A stretch of 63,069 nucleotides of DNA, counting the filler. It is 11 parts of 11 records of this genome, joined end to end, with 100 filler letters (N's around TTAATTAATTAA, not from the genome) between each part and the next. Parts side by side here need not be neighbours in the genome. Positions count along the whole stretch, not along the records: positions 1 to 9,040 come from SRR15195285_1371; positions 9,141 to 12,726 come from SRR15195285_1376; 9 more parts are not named here. One strand, given 5' to 3'. How positions within the stretch are numbered: the first letter of the stretch is position 1; each line of letters starts with the position of its first letter. Under the pieces are notes generated by a model that was not told the origin of the DNA, did no database searches, and was given only the letters and a program-made list of their open reading frames with translations. This document shows positions 1 to 12,826 of the stretch, one piece after another. The translations under genes and the position numbers were made by a program.

Positions 1-27
1 CGTGCGTGCGTGCGTGCGTGCGTGCGT
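1..27. repeat. (CGTG)n microsatellite at the window start
   Basis: About 7 tandem CGTG units read directly. Confidence 0.9.
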
Positions 28-2682
28 GTGGTACGCGCAGCACCGAGACGTGGCTGCGCACCTGTACGAGTCCATGCCCGGGCTGTGGGTGCTGTCCAGC
101 GTGTTCGCGCCGGGTTGTGCCGTGGCGAACGCGTTCTGCCACCACCCGAAAAAGGCCCCCGACACGAAGGAGCAGAAGCTGCGGACACCCCAGGCAGCTG
201 GCGCTCCTCTCGGCCCGCGCAGGTGGCACTTCTACGCTCCGCCGAAGAAGGCGGAGCTCAGCCCAGAGGGCGCCTTCGTGCCGCGTGCCCGGGCTTCACG
301 CGGAGGCTGGCTCTCGGTGCGCGCGGATCTGCCGCACCGCCGCGCAGTGGCCCCTCAAGACCGCGATCCGATCCTTGCTTTCATCGCCACACATATCCGG
401 CCAACACGTTCGGCTTAACATCACTGTTTTGTTGTTGTTCGTGGTCTGTTGGTCCAGGTGACGATCGTCATCACGGTTCGTGATCCGTGCGGCCGAACAA
501 AGAGTGGCCAGCCCGAAGCGCGTGTGCGGCGACGGCTGACCCAGACACAAGTCCATCCGCTACGCCCCCAGCTTGTCAAAATATACCTGGCACACGACCG
601 CAACAAGCTCCACGAGGTCGACAGGGTGCTCCGGTGCGTCCGTTGCTCTCTTTTTGTGTGCACACATGTTGGGCACACTCACATGAATCTCGAACGCTGC
701 AACGCGCTGCCGGTGGCACTCCAATGCTCTGCAGTACCCATCTTGGTCGCGAGGCAGAATTGTTGGCTCATCTCGAGCAAAAGTACGGCCCGCTGAGTCA
801 AGAACTGCAGAACAGCTTCTCCAATGTCGCGGCGTCTCAGAGAGACCCGCATGATCCAACATACGAAGCGAAACAGCAGCAGCGGGCACTGCCGCGTAGA
901 TTGGAACCTTTACTCAGCCCAGAGCATCAACAGCCAATTCGACGACCGGCAGCGTTGCCAGACACGGAGAAGGACTTTGTTGACCGAACGGAGGAACCAT
1001 CCGCCGATATGCATGCCAATCTGAAGGCGGAGCAAGAGCAGCAGCGCATGCAGGCATTGCGCCTGCAGAAGATGAGGCGCGAAGCTATCGAACACGACTG
1101 CGCAGCGCTCACAGCCGTCACATCGGTCAACTCCTCGCCGAAGCAAGGGGTGGCTTTGACGGTCAGCAGTGGTACCGATGGTGGCACAGCGATTGCCGGC
1201 AGTGCGGCACACAGGCACTTGGCTGCTCACACCGAGAACGATGAAGGGACTACAGCACCTGGCGTGACTGAGTCATCATCCAGACTAGAGCAACAGGCGG
1301 GCACTCTCACCCAAGGAGGCGGCCGACGAGGCGGCTCGGAACCGGAAGCGGACAGAGAGGGGAGGTACAGTCGGCCAGAACTTGACCTTTGTGCGTCGCT
1401 GGACCTTCCGTCGGCATCGGAAGCGGCGGTGTTGGCGCTACTTGATGCGGGTGCGACGTGCATCGCTATGCCACAGCCTCCTCGTGCGTATCGTGTGATG
1501 GCATCGAGTGTGTTCGAGACGGTTGTGCCAGCGCTTAGAGTAACGTTGGGACAAGACGTGCGTGGACGTGCACAAGATACTCAACAGCAACCGGATGCGG
1601 TGAGAACAGTGCTGCCCCCTCTCCCTCGTTCTTCTCCAGGCGTTGGCTGCCGTCCTTTCCTGCTAAAATTCACAGCACAACGCTGTAGTGCCACTCATCT
1701 CGCAAGTACTGTTCTGTGTCTGTCTTGTCCGTCCTCTGGTCGACTCGAATAATGCCGCAGGAGCCACGGCATGGCGCAATCGTTGAGCTGGAAGGCGCAC
1801 TGGTTTCTGGAGGAGTGCCCGAGTACCGAGGGCTATCGCGTGCGGACGTCGACACAGTTCGGGGCTGGCTACAGGTAGGAGAGAGCGACTCTGGACTGGG
1901 AGGGTGGGGCGCCTCATTGGGGTTTGCGCTTCCATCGATTGCCGCAGCGGGGTACTCTTTTTCGCGGCCGCCTGGTGCCGAAAGTGGCGGGATGGAAGAG
2001 GCGGCTAGGTCATTGCGACGGCTTCTCGATGGTATCCTCCAGTCCCGTCCCCGCGGCGATGGTGCAGAGGATGCGACGAGGCGGCCGCGAATAATTGCCA
2101 AGATTGATGGCAGAGCGGGTGAGGAACCAGCCTTGGCCGCACTGGCTGAGGCGCAAGCTGGGCCAGTGGATGAGGTGATCGTACTCACCGGCGACGCTGC
2201 CAATAGCTGGGCTGCTGCAGGAGCAGGCGTAGGGCCGGCGGCTGAGCACGGCAGCACTTCTCGCAGTACGGTTGCCAAGATTGTGCAAGAGGCGGAGGCT
2301 GGTGGTCTGCGCACGCTAGTGAGCAATCAGTGCAACGTGCCTCACTACGCACTGTCACCAAAGATGCTCTGTAGTTATTTGACCGTTGCCTATTTCTGAC
2401 CCTGAACCTCGCTTACATTTGTACAAATAGGTAGCAGTCTGCGCCGGTGTTTCCATGCCGCCGGGTGCGCACACCTGGGCTGGCAGTCATGCCGGCGGCG
2501 GAAGCACAGGGGTGTCTGCCCAGGAGGTCGTCGACAGTGACGTAATTGGGACAGTAGAGAGAGCAAGTAGTGCCGCAGCCGCGATAGGTTCAGGTGGCGT
2601 GTGGCTAACAGGCCCGGGGTCAGGGTCGACGGATGTTGTAGCCGCAGCAGCGCAGGCGCTTGGCGAGGCAAGGCCTGCGTGA
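28..2682 (+). CDS. Multi-exon hypothetical protein, probably 5' partial, with a small helical 'LVKIY..HD..KL.EVD.VL..H.GRE.ELL.HLEQKYG' module
   Basis: Coding-like ORF pieces 2-418, 449-796/487-1752, 1716-2399 and 2455-2682 are separated by GT..AG segments. Joining across 634-734 restores the module, which is common in protist proteins. The exon structure is only approximate. Confidence 0.45.
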
Positions 2683-2873
2683 CAGGCAATTCGACCGCTC
2701 CCATATTCTAGAAAAGCAAGGGTGTCTCGAGAGGCCCTAGCTGTTTTTTTTATATAAAAACATTTCTGGCTCGAGTCAGGATCGCAATCGAAAAAATGCT
2801 AGGTGGTAGGTACCAACGCAAATGCAATGACTTCCGCTAAACGGTTCTACGTCTTCTCGTACGTAGTTGGACG

Positions 2874-5800
2874 CTAAAAGAATGTCTTGGTGAAAGCAAG
2901 GATGGGCGCAGCCAGTTCTGTAGCAACCCCTGCGCTGAACTGCGCCTGTGTCATCGCCGCCTGGTACAGGCCTTGTGCCTGCGCTGCCGTCTGATTGATC
3001 CGGGTTTCACATACGTGCGCACCACCGGCACGGAACAAGTCGCTGGTCAGTCAGTGCCCATCTCAATCAATTGCGGAAGTCGAGTGGTATGGCTGGCAGG
3101 CAGGCAGACTGTTGGCTGACCTGAGCGCCCATTGAAGACACAACTCCACCTCCGCTGCCTACTGCTGCAGCCGCAGCACTCTTATTCGCGTCGCCTATCA
3201 GCTTGTCACGTCCCTGCCGTTACGGCGACAAAACGTGGCAATACAACAGCACTATGATTCAGCAGCCAGTGACCCATGGACTACCCTACTCAGTTGTGCA
3301 GCATGATTGCCACCGATGAATGCACAAATGAGAACTAAGGCACAGTGTACTACTGACAGCATTTTGCAGTATATCTCCGGCATCCGTGTCGATGTCCACA
3401 CCGGCCTGCCGTGCCTCAAGCCCGTCGATATCCAAGTCCTCATCTTCAAATCCTTGGTTTGCGCCTGCCAGTTGTGCCGCAGCACCCGCCTGATAACACA
3501 TGGCCATCCGAGCGACGAAAAGAGCAGACAAAATCAACGAAGCAGCTTTGACATCAGAGAGCATTATAGTTGCACTGACACCAAGGCAACAAACATGATG
3601 GCATCGCGACAGTGCACAGACATCTAAAATCCATTGACGCACCGCATTTATCGTCGCAAACCGATTCCGCAGCCGATTCGAGCGTGCTGCATGAGCGTCA
3701 GAACCGCGCATCGTCTCGGCCAGGTCAGCTTGCCGGGACTCTACCTGAGCTGCTCTGATGACCTGCACCAACTCCTCGAATTGATGCATGCCCTGGTGTG
3801 ACGGTGGCAGTCGCAAGTAGAACGGCGAGTCGCCACCGAACGGATTCTTTCGACCACGCTCGCCACCCCCAGGCAGTACACCGATGTGTACGTACGGGCG
3901 ACGGAACTTTGTGAGTATTACGTAGCCGATGCACCAGGTGAGCATCACAGCAGCAAAGAGTAGAACCCGCAACATGCTGCTCATGCGCAGCTCATAGAGG
4001 AAGCACTCATCCTCACCGGGCGCCAGATCACGCCGGTCAATGCATTCTGCATCGAAGACGGAGATGGCGACGATCGTGCCAACAAAACCTATTAGTGAGA
4101 CAAGGTAGAGACCTTTGACAAGGGCAGTTGAGAACTCTGTCCCTGATTCGATAAAGGTTGTATCCCGCAGTAGAACGTAGTAATCCTCCTCATCTACAGG
4201 GAACTTGAGACAAGCGTTGACAATCTTTGTGCCACAGCAACCTTTCCAGGTGCAGCAGCAGACCGGAATCCCAGAACGAGCGTGCAAGTGCACGAAGTCT
4301 CGGTGCAGGATAAGCTCCTCCCGCACACCACGGACGCAGCGGTAGCACAGCGGGCGGTATGTCCACCGGATGAGCTCATCATGCCGTTTCTTGTGGCAGT
4401 TGACCAGCTGCGATGGGCTGAGCACTTGGTCCGTTGTGTTCGGCAGCTCCTTGTTGGTCCGAAGCTCTGTGTCGTTTCTGAATGCGTCTGCAACCGCGGC
4501 TGCCTCACTATCCATCTTCTTCAAGCAGTGGCAGAACCGCTCGCCCAGTGACTTTGTATCATCCTCGTGCACAGTCACTGTGCCGTCCGTGTGTACCTTC
4601 ACACCGAACTCATCCTCTGCTGCTGCTGCCTCTGACGCTTCGCGCTCGTTGTCGTCTTCGTCCTCACCCGAGCCTGTAGCCGCAGCCTCGTCTGGAAAGA
4701 GCCTTCTGACAGACTCCAAGTGGGACAGGTCCTTGAAATTAGACGCGGCGCTGTTACCACCAAGCTCCCGACCGAGCTTCCGCTCTAGCACCAGCAAGGG
4801 CAAGGACACCCTCTGAGCCATTCCGATCCGCGCTGCAGCAAGATGCTCTCTCTTGATAGTGTTCACTCCAAAGATGCCGACTTCAAACCAGATCGGTGTG
4901 ATGAGAATCCATACCCAGATTATGCCAAGGCAGGAGATGCTCAACAACGCAAATCCCAGCAGCCCGAGCAGTCGCCACTGAAATCGTTGAAAGAACCACA
5001 TGCATTCGCATGGCTCGTCTCCTTGGATGATCCATGTGAAGACGTTCTCCGACCGCCCATCCCACTGTGAGCACCACCCAAGGCCGACCCCATGCGCTTC
5101 GTTTGACGCATCATATCCAGCAGGGTCGAGCAAAGGATTGCAAGACGACGCAAGGCCATCCTCAACCACGAAGCCGAAGCTGCTCCCCATGCATATACAA
5201 GGCACGCCTGGCTTCTCAAGTGGATCATTGTTGCTCCACAAGCTGCACCACTCCGTCTTTCCAACGTGCCCGAGACTCTCCCATGCACTGGCGCCTACGC
5301 CGAGGTTTGAAATGCAGTTTGACCCGTACGTCTGTGAAGCAACCAACAGCAGAAACATCACGACTGTGACACATGCCGAGTAGATGCTCGCGAGCAGACG
5401 GAAAACTGACTTGCCCTGCTTGTGCACCGCCACCCAGTTCATGTCCTCCACTAGTCCAGAGAAGTAGTCTACCCGAGAGCAGCCGCGTGAAACATTTTGG
5501 CGATTGTTGGACGCCCGTCGCATCTTGAAATGTCTGTCACCGACTGATATCGTATGTTCAGCGTAGCAGCCGCAGCACACAGGCATGAAGCCCAGTCCTG
5601 GAAATTTCTTGACAAAATCATCAACTGAATCATTCGGCGACACGCCTTTCAAGTGCAAGAATGCCTCTGTCGTGGCGTCCAACATCCGAATCGGCACCGC
5701 AAAACGTCCCTGGCCATCCTTTGGCGGCGGATTGCCGAAGGTGTAAAGCTGACCTATTCCACGCCGCCGCAAAAAATAGTACAATGCCCTTAGTACCCAC

Positions 5801-8800
5801 CAAACCGAGCCAATAGCCCAGGCCAGGGTTTGGGAGAAGTCAGGTATGGCGGTCAACACTGTGAACACAACAAGGGACTCGCCAAAGTAAGCGTTTAGCT
5901 TCCATAGTGGTGCGGGGTTGCCTTCCATGTGCAGCCATCGGGTTTTCTCTGTCTCACTCGACGTGTTGGCAACTGAGGCGGTGAAATCAAAGCCGCCTAG
6001 TCCCTCATCGGCAGAAACGTCAATCTGCGCGGCTTTGAACATCGTGTGTTTTTTCCCCCATGGCAGAAAGTCAAAGTCGAGCGAGAGGATGTTGAGCGGG
6101 CACCATGATTTCCCAGTGTACTCGAGCTGTGGGTGGTCACCTGCATCAATGTACTGTGTCATCATGTGGACAAACTCCGTTTCGGAAAGACAGCCATCGT
6201 TACCGTCGGCATACTCTGACACCAACCACGCAATCTCATCGTCCGTTGGGCTGAGTCCTAGAGTATCCAACGCTGCAGCGAGTTCTTCCAGGTCGAGCCG
6301 TCCGCTCTTGCTGGTGTCAAAAGTGGAGAAGCACTCAGCCAGCGCGAGCGACAGCAGCTGGGATTGCGACAGGTTCTCAGCGACGTGCTCATCTTCTTTG
6401 CCCTTGACAGACTGGAACTCCAACTTGAGCTTCGCACCTTGAAACTCAATGGCATGATGCCGTTCGTCAGTCACACGCAGGTCGAGCTTGATTTTGCGGT
6501 CCCCATCTTTGATCGATTGTTTTGTACTGCCGTGCTGAAGAGTGGCTAGCGCATCGCACCAAGCTTGCCTTTCATCATCACTCCTTGCTCTCAGGATGTA
6601 AGTCTTGCCGTTCTTAACAGAGGTGAGGATTTCCATCCCGTGAGGCTCTGTGTCTATTGGCCGCACTGCATGAAACTCAACTGGTGAGACCATCACAGGC
6701 GGACGGTCCTTCATCGCCCAGTGTAGCCCAGTAGCAGCAAGTGTAAAGGTCCGTTCTTCCCACACCCTGTGCCCTGGCTTGCCCCCCAACTTCATCAGTT
6801 GGCCCTTGTAATCACAATACATCGATGCTCCATGGCGCTGATCTAGGTCCGGCCCCGATTCCGGCTCGGGCTGTACGTCCGGGTCTTTCGGTTTCAGGAT
6901 GTTGTGGGCAGTGAGGTTGTTGTTCAAGCATCGTATCCACTCATCGCGACCTTCTACAGTCGGAGCTGCCAGGATGTATGACTTGCCGCGTTTTACTGAA
7001 GTGCTGATGACCAAGCTTGGCTTGCCACCAACCTCCTCTCCGACGTGGACTGCAATTATCTCGTCCATTGAGAGTCGAGTGGCCCTCTCCCATGCAATGC
7101 CCTTATTTGTCACCTCGAACCGACGTTCCTCCCACTTGTCCTGCTCTGACCCGCCACGTTTCTCTACTATCCCAGCCTTGTACACCTCAACTGGCATGAT
7201 GACTTCCTCTAGTGCAGCGATCCACTCGCGTCGCTCCAATTCAGAATACGCGCGAAAGCAGTAGACCTTGCCATCTTTGACATTGGTCTGCAGCTTAAAG
7301 GCTGTGTTCGGTGCGTGTGTTGCCGTCGTCGCGCGTCTCCGCCTTTGCACCCGCTTGTTTGGCGTATCACGGTCAGCTCCAACTGGTGGCAAAGCATCCT
7401 CTTCTGCCAGCATAGCCTCTTCGTGTGCTGTCACTTCGTCATCGTGGAGTTCGCTGACAGAATACATCTCATAGCTACGCAGTGTATTCTCTTCTGTGCT
7501 CTTCGCGCTCCAAACGATTCCACTCGGCTTAACAGTGAACATACGCGGCTCCCATCTATCTTTCGATCGTCCCCCTAACTTCAGCAGTGTCCCGTGCTTC
7601 ACTTGCTTCAGCTGTCCGGTGATCATCCGATGAATCGCAGACACCCAGGCATCACGCTCACCAGCCGATGGGGCGATCAGACGGAACTTCTTGTTGTTCT
7701 TGACGCGCGAGGACACAGTAAAATTCGGTTTGCCTTCCACATCCTGTGCCACCGCAACTGCCTCTACCTCCCCCATTGTCAGCCCAGACGTGTGCTTCAG
7801 TGACGTCCAAGACAGAGCCTCCTCTGTCAACTCAAACTTACGCGTCTCCCAGGTGTCATGCGTACGTCCACCCAGCTTCTGCAGCATCCCAGTCTTGACA
7901 GTGCCCTCGTTCGCCCGCCGTATCTCGTAAAAAAGACTGTGGGCATCCTTATTCTTGACTTCGGCTGCTTCGGCGTCAAGGGCCGCCTTCGCTTCTTCGT
8001 CCTTCGTTTTGTTCTTGCGGTGTACCGCCATTCTCATCTCAATCAGCATATACCGCCGCTTCTTCTGTGCCTCTTTCAGCTCTTTCGCTTCATCTAGTGC
8101 CGTCGTCCAGTGCTTTAGCGCCTCCTTCAGTACCTCAACCTTGTGGTGCTCAACTTCATCCTCAGTGCCTGTGGCCAACTCGACAATCTCATCAATGAAT
8201 GAGTCGATGTCCGCCATGGTGGTCTGGAATGCTGCTGCATCCTTGGCGCGCAGCCAGTTTGAAACAGCACGCTCCTCTTGTAAGACGGTCATGTGCTTTG
8301 CCAGGGCATCCGCTTTTGCCGTCTCTTCATCCACAATAGCCTGTAGCCGGAGATTTTCGGCGTCCTTTCGAGCCTTGCGCTTCACGCGCAGCGTCCACAG
8401 CAGCGCGTGCAGCGCAGCGTTCGGGTGAAATTCCAGGTGGCCGAGATGAGGAGGCATCTTGAGATGTCCCTTGTCCTCACCAGATAATATGGCATCCCGG
8501 TGCTCGGTGTGGTCCAGCTGGCGCGACTCCTTCTGTGCCGAACGGATGAGTTTGACCACTTCATCGAACGGCTCGACGTGATTCGTTTTGGCCACATAGT
8601 ACATGCCCATCTGTATGTAGAATGGAGAGTGCCCACCCCACGGATTTGCCGCTCCGCGCTCAAAGTCATCAGGAAGTACCCCAACATGAACAAAATCGCG
8701 CTTCAGCACCCCAGCGCACAAGTAGCAGAGCAGAAACACCACGACTGAGACGATTAATCCAATCCATCTGTCCAATGAGCTCAAAGTATTGTCGACGTCG

Positions 8801-9040
8801 TCACTCTGAGCGTTGAACTGTACAACGAATGAGTCCAAGAACACGGAGAGGTGCAGCGCCAAACCGCACATTAAACACAGCTTCCCGATCTGCCGAAGGA
8901 GCGGGTCAGTGTCTGTTCCCGTTTCAATAAAGTGGACATCTTTGAGCAGCACAGCGTACTCATCCTTCGAGTGTGTGAATGAGCACTTGCGGCAGCAGAA
9001 CGGAAACATGTGGACTGACTTGAGTTGCAAGTGGTCCCGA
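2874..9040 (-). CDS. Large multi-pass membrane protein (5' partial) with repeated TM-hairpin modules, 4 tandem PH domains and an EF-hand pair
   Basis: 1914-aa ORF 3286-9030, open to the contig edge. Four PH repeats (G.L.KLGG...W..R.F ... ER..W..AL, about 6535-7900) and EF-hands (DTSKSGRLDLEE; DGNDGCLSETE, about 6150-6330). Probable 3' introns, with the last exon ending ...FTKTFF-TAG at 2874. Confidence 0.8.
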
Positions 9041-9140
9041 NNNNNNNNNNNNNNNNNNNNNNNNNNNNNNNNNNNNNNNNNNNNTTAATTAATTAANNNN
9101 NNNNNNNNNNNNNNNNNNNNNNNNNNNNNNNNNNNNNNNN
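9041..9140. other. Artificial contig linker (44N-TTAATTAATTAA-44N). Identical linkers at 12727-12826, 16020-16119, 23170-23269, 27551-27650, 30803-30902, 35063-35162, 44301-44400, 48457-48556 and 58662-58761
   Basis: Ten identical 100-nt spacers with a core that has stops in all six frames. Adjacency across them is not biological. Confidence 0.99.
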
Positions 9141-9476
9141 CATCGAGCGCGCAACGGCAAAGGCTGACTACTAGATCTAGTACATGTACCGGTACTTCGT
9201 TATTTGTATGATTCATAATCGGAATAATGACTGAAATTAGTACCGATACAACATATACGGTCCGTCGCGCGCGCGCGACGCCGCCGCGGGAGCCGCGCGC
9301 GCCACCGCTACAGTATGTATACCGCGCCGCGCGGGTATACAGCGGCCGCCTCGATACTCGCTCGCTCGTGGCGACAACGGAGTTGCTAACTCCTCTATAG
9401 TCTTCGCCTTCCGCCCTGCACGTTGTTACTAGCACCAGTACGTCGTGCTATTTGGGCTGGCCCACAACCCCACCGC

Positions 9477-10592
9477 ATGCGAACCCACCGCCGCCGGCGT
9501 CTCGCGGCCCTTTGCACGCAGCTGACCACAGCGCGGGTGGACCCGGAGATCGCCGCCAATTCTACTAGTACCGCCACTACAGATGGGTTCGTCGCAAAGA
9601 CGACTGAGAGTACGTACTCCGGCGCAATGAACGTGTTGAATGATACTCTGAGGAGCACTCATTCAGGCCTTCCACTGGAATTCTGCAGTGTGCTGTTTTG
9701 AGTCGGTGCCAAGTGAAGAAACTCATTCGTGGGAGCAGGTATGGCGGAGCTGTTGGCTCGCGGTTTGGCTGCACCGGACCTGGAGATGCTGCGCCCCCAC
9801 ATCGAGGAGCTGCACGACCAAGGGTTCACTGTCATCCCGGATATGCTGAGCAGTGAACAGCTGCATAGCCTCCGGTCGCAATTTGAGGCGATTCTGGCCG
9901 AGGAGGGCCTGCGCGAGGGCGAGCGGCAGAGCTTCGAAAGCATGGACGGTGTCCGCAGGATCAACGATCTCGTCAACAAAGGAGAGGAGTTTGAGGCGAT
10001 CTGGCGCAATCCGATCTTGCATGCGATGGTCGCCTCAGTGCTCACAGAGCCGTTTCGTCTGCATAGTTTGAATGGCCACGATCCTTTGCCCGGGCGAGGT
10101 CACCAAGCTCTGCATGCTGATTGGAGACCAGCGGTTATGGACGAACCGGCTGATGTGAACGCGAAGCCGACACCAGCGTCTGGTTTCGGGGTCGTCAATT
10201 CCATCTGGATGTTGGACGATTGGAAGAAAAACACCGGCGCAACGCGCCTAGTGCCACGCAGTCATCACGACCCACCACTCATGGATGCAGTGCTCAAGAT
10301 GGGGCCACCCCTAGGCAGTTCGAATGGCGACAACCTCGGTGGACCGGCGGAGGAGTACGCCATGCAAGTTGAGGCACCAGCTGGGTCTGTCTGTGTGTTC
10401 AACGGGTCCGTGTGGCACGCTGCATCACAAAACAACTCCGCCGACGAGAAACGGCGAGCTTGCCACTGTGCATGGATCGATAGACGCTGGCCACAGCAGA
10501 CCAATCAGAAGGAGCACCTAACGGAAGATACAGCCAAGCGCCTCAGCCCGCTCGACCGCTGGCTTCTCGATGTCGGGGACAAGTGGTCATGA
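9477..10592 (+). CDS. Phytanoyl-CoA dioxygenase (PhyH) family Fe(II)/2OG dioxygenase with N-terminal PTS2
   Basis: HxD motif (QALHADW), GATRLVPRSH, and distal His/Arg (GSVCVFNGSVWHAASQN...RRA). Exon 1 9477-9609 plus intron 9610-9738 (GTACGT..GCAG) joins in frame. Exon 1 encodes RLAALCTQL. Confidence 0.88.
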
Positions 10593-10610
10593 TCGAATGC
10601 ATGGCAAGGC

Positions 10611-10646
10611 CCGCAGCCCCGCAGCCCCGCAGCCCCGCAGCCCCGC
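10611..10646. repeat. Short (GCAGCCCC)n-type tandem repeat between convergent genes
   Basis: About 4 tandem units read directly. Confidence 0.75.
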
Positions 10647-10699
10647 TGTTGTTGGTTGCAAATGATTGTACTCAGTTTCAAGAATGCATTTCGGTTGGA

Positions 10700-12564
10700 C
10701 TACATAAAGTCCACATCCCAGCGCCAAGGCGTCCCAGCCGGGAACATCCCGCTCATCGCAGAGCTAACCTGCGGATTCGTTGGCAGGGTCACAGAAACGC
10801 CTTCATCCAACGCCACGAGGTCCAACGTCACAGTTCCGAATAGCAGCTGCGTCAGCCGATGCTGAGGCACAACCAGGGTACAGGCAGGCGAGGCGGCTGA
10901 AGGGTCGATGATGTTGACACTTGGCTCGGTGTGTGCATCGCCGCTGATGCTGAGACAGACGGTCCCCATCTCGGTTGAAAACGCAGCCACGCCACGCCAC
11001 GCTCGAGCCTCGACAGACGGCGAGGCCCATAGGCGCCGTGCTATCTCCGGCAGTAGCGTCTGGAACAGCTTCGCCTGGTCGACAATACGTACCATAGTGT
11101 GCGCGCTCCAAGGATGTGTTGTGAACTCGAACGCACCGACTTGGTGCAGGTAACGACAGAAAGGATGATCAACAGGCAAACTGGCCTGGAGACGACCACC
11201 ATCCGGTGCCTGGCCTGCAAGGTATGATGCAACGGCGGGGAAAGCACGTGACGGCCCAGCAAGCTCGCTCAGCCGCACTGCTGGACCAGATACCGCAGTT
11301 TTGTCTGCGCCGCCGCGACCAATGTTGTCTTCCTGCCAACCGTAAATGTCGACAGCGTCCCAGTTGACGGAGCTCCTGCGGTTGCCCCATTGGAATCCCC
11401 TCGGTTCGCTCCATGCAAAGTATGCAATGACAGCTCCGCTCTCGTCGCGCACGGTTTGCCAGTGTGAGTTCCAACTCGGGCGTTCCAGCCCCTTAGCAGG
11501 CACATCCATCACGTAGAACGCGTCGCTGTCATCATCTGACTGTTCATGCACATCGCTCGGGTCGACATCGTCTGGAAGTTCTCCAAAGAAGCGGACTCTG
11601 GCCGTGCTTCCTTCCTCGCAGACGGACAGCAATCGCCCAAACCTGCCGTCGCTCGTTTGGACAAACCGCCACGAGCTCATTGGTGGTTCCGGCTCATCTG
11701 TGCGAATCGAAGACTCCAGCTGGGCAGCAACCATCTCCAGAGGACGATCGACGGTACAGGAACGAGTTGCGTTGTCGGCGTTGTAGATGTCATAGATGGC
11801 TGGCGCGTCGTCGAGCGTCGCGTCGACGATGGTAAGGCCAGATGATGTACTGGCCGAGCGCTCAGTCAACGTGCTAGCAAGCACGGCAACAGTGTGTTCA
11901 GGCTGTACCGATACGTATCCAAACTGGTGATAGTAGTTTGGCACGCCACTAAGGAGGGTGACGTGCATGCCTTGTCGTTTCATCCATTGCAACGCCCCCT
12001 CGATCACAATCGAAGAATACCCATTGCGGCGGCGGTGCTTCCAGGTCCCAACGCCAGTCACATTGGCTGCGACCACGCTCGCTCCGCCGATGCGGACGTC
12101 TTGTTCAACAAAGCAGCACCACGAGACGCATTCGCCGCCCGCGCTTGCGTCCTGAAAAAACATCAAACACTCAGTCTTGGCGGGCAGTCGGCGGCCTGCC
12201 TGCAGCTGGCGTGTGGGGCGCGGGCACCGAAGTCAAACCGACTCACGTCGACAAGCTCGATGGTCCAGATGGCGCGCCCGTGCTCTGGCTGCATCCTGTC
12301 CAATTTGCCGTCATCTTTCACGCGGCGATTCGCTTGTGTGTTCGTACCGACTCCCTTTGTCGCCCTCAGCCGCAGACCTGCCGGCAAAGACCCGTGCCAC
12401 AGCGGCAACTCCGTGCCCGACAGTGCTGGGAATAGATCTAAGCTGGCGCGGCCAGTGGCAGATGATTCATGAATAGACTCGACCGCGGCGCCTGCAGGCT
12501 GGCTGGCTACGGCAGGCGCACTGAGCTGTGCAGCGAGCGCGCGGAGACGCTGTACAGTGTGCAT
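10700..12564 (-). CDS. Eis-like tandem GNAT acetyltransferase with C-terminal SCP2-like domain and N-terminal PTS2
   Basis: Acetyl-CoA motif A (VTGVGTWKHRRRNGYSS), YYHQFGY, and an Eis-type C-terminus (LTQLLFG...MFP..TPWRWDVDF). Exon 1 (MHTVQRLRALAAQL...) is joined in frame by intron 12152-12246 (GTGAGT..TTTTTCAG). Confidence 0.82.
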
Positions 12565-12826
12565 TGGACCGCGGTACGCCGGCAGTAAGGTAGCGCTCGC
12601 TCGACGCTCGCGCCGCGCTGGGCGGCGCTGCTGGCCACGCACGACGACGCCCGCGGTCAGCGTGCGCATGCAGCGTCGCGCGCGCGATCATGTCCTTGAA
12701 GCCTGAACCCTAGATTATAGTGCCCANNNNNNNNNNNNNNNNNNNNNNNNNNNNNNNNNNNNNNNNNNNNTTAATTAATTAANNNNNNNNNNNNNNNNNN
12801 NNNNNNNNNNNNNNNNNNNNNNNNNN

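Noticed and set aside
2722-2775. AT-rich imperfect hairpin (TGTTTTT...AAAAACA) between two CTCGAG sites
   Set aside because: Single copy in this window, lying between convergent 3' ends. Compatible with ordinary terminator or poly(A) region sequence.
12701-12712. CCTGAACCCTA telomere-like word near contig ends (also at 30903 and 2400)
   Set aside because: Never more than about 1.5 units, which is too short to call telomeric repeats.
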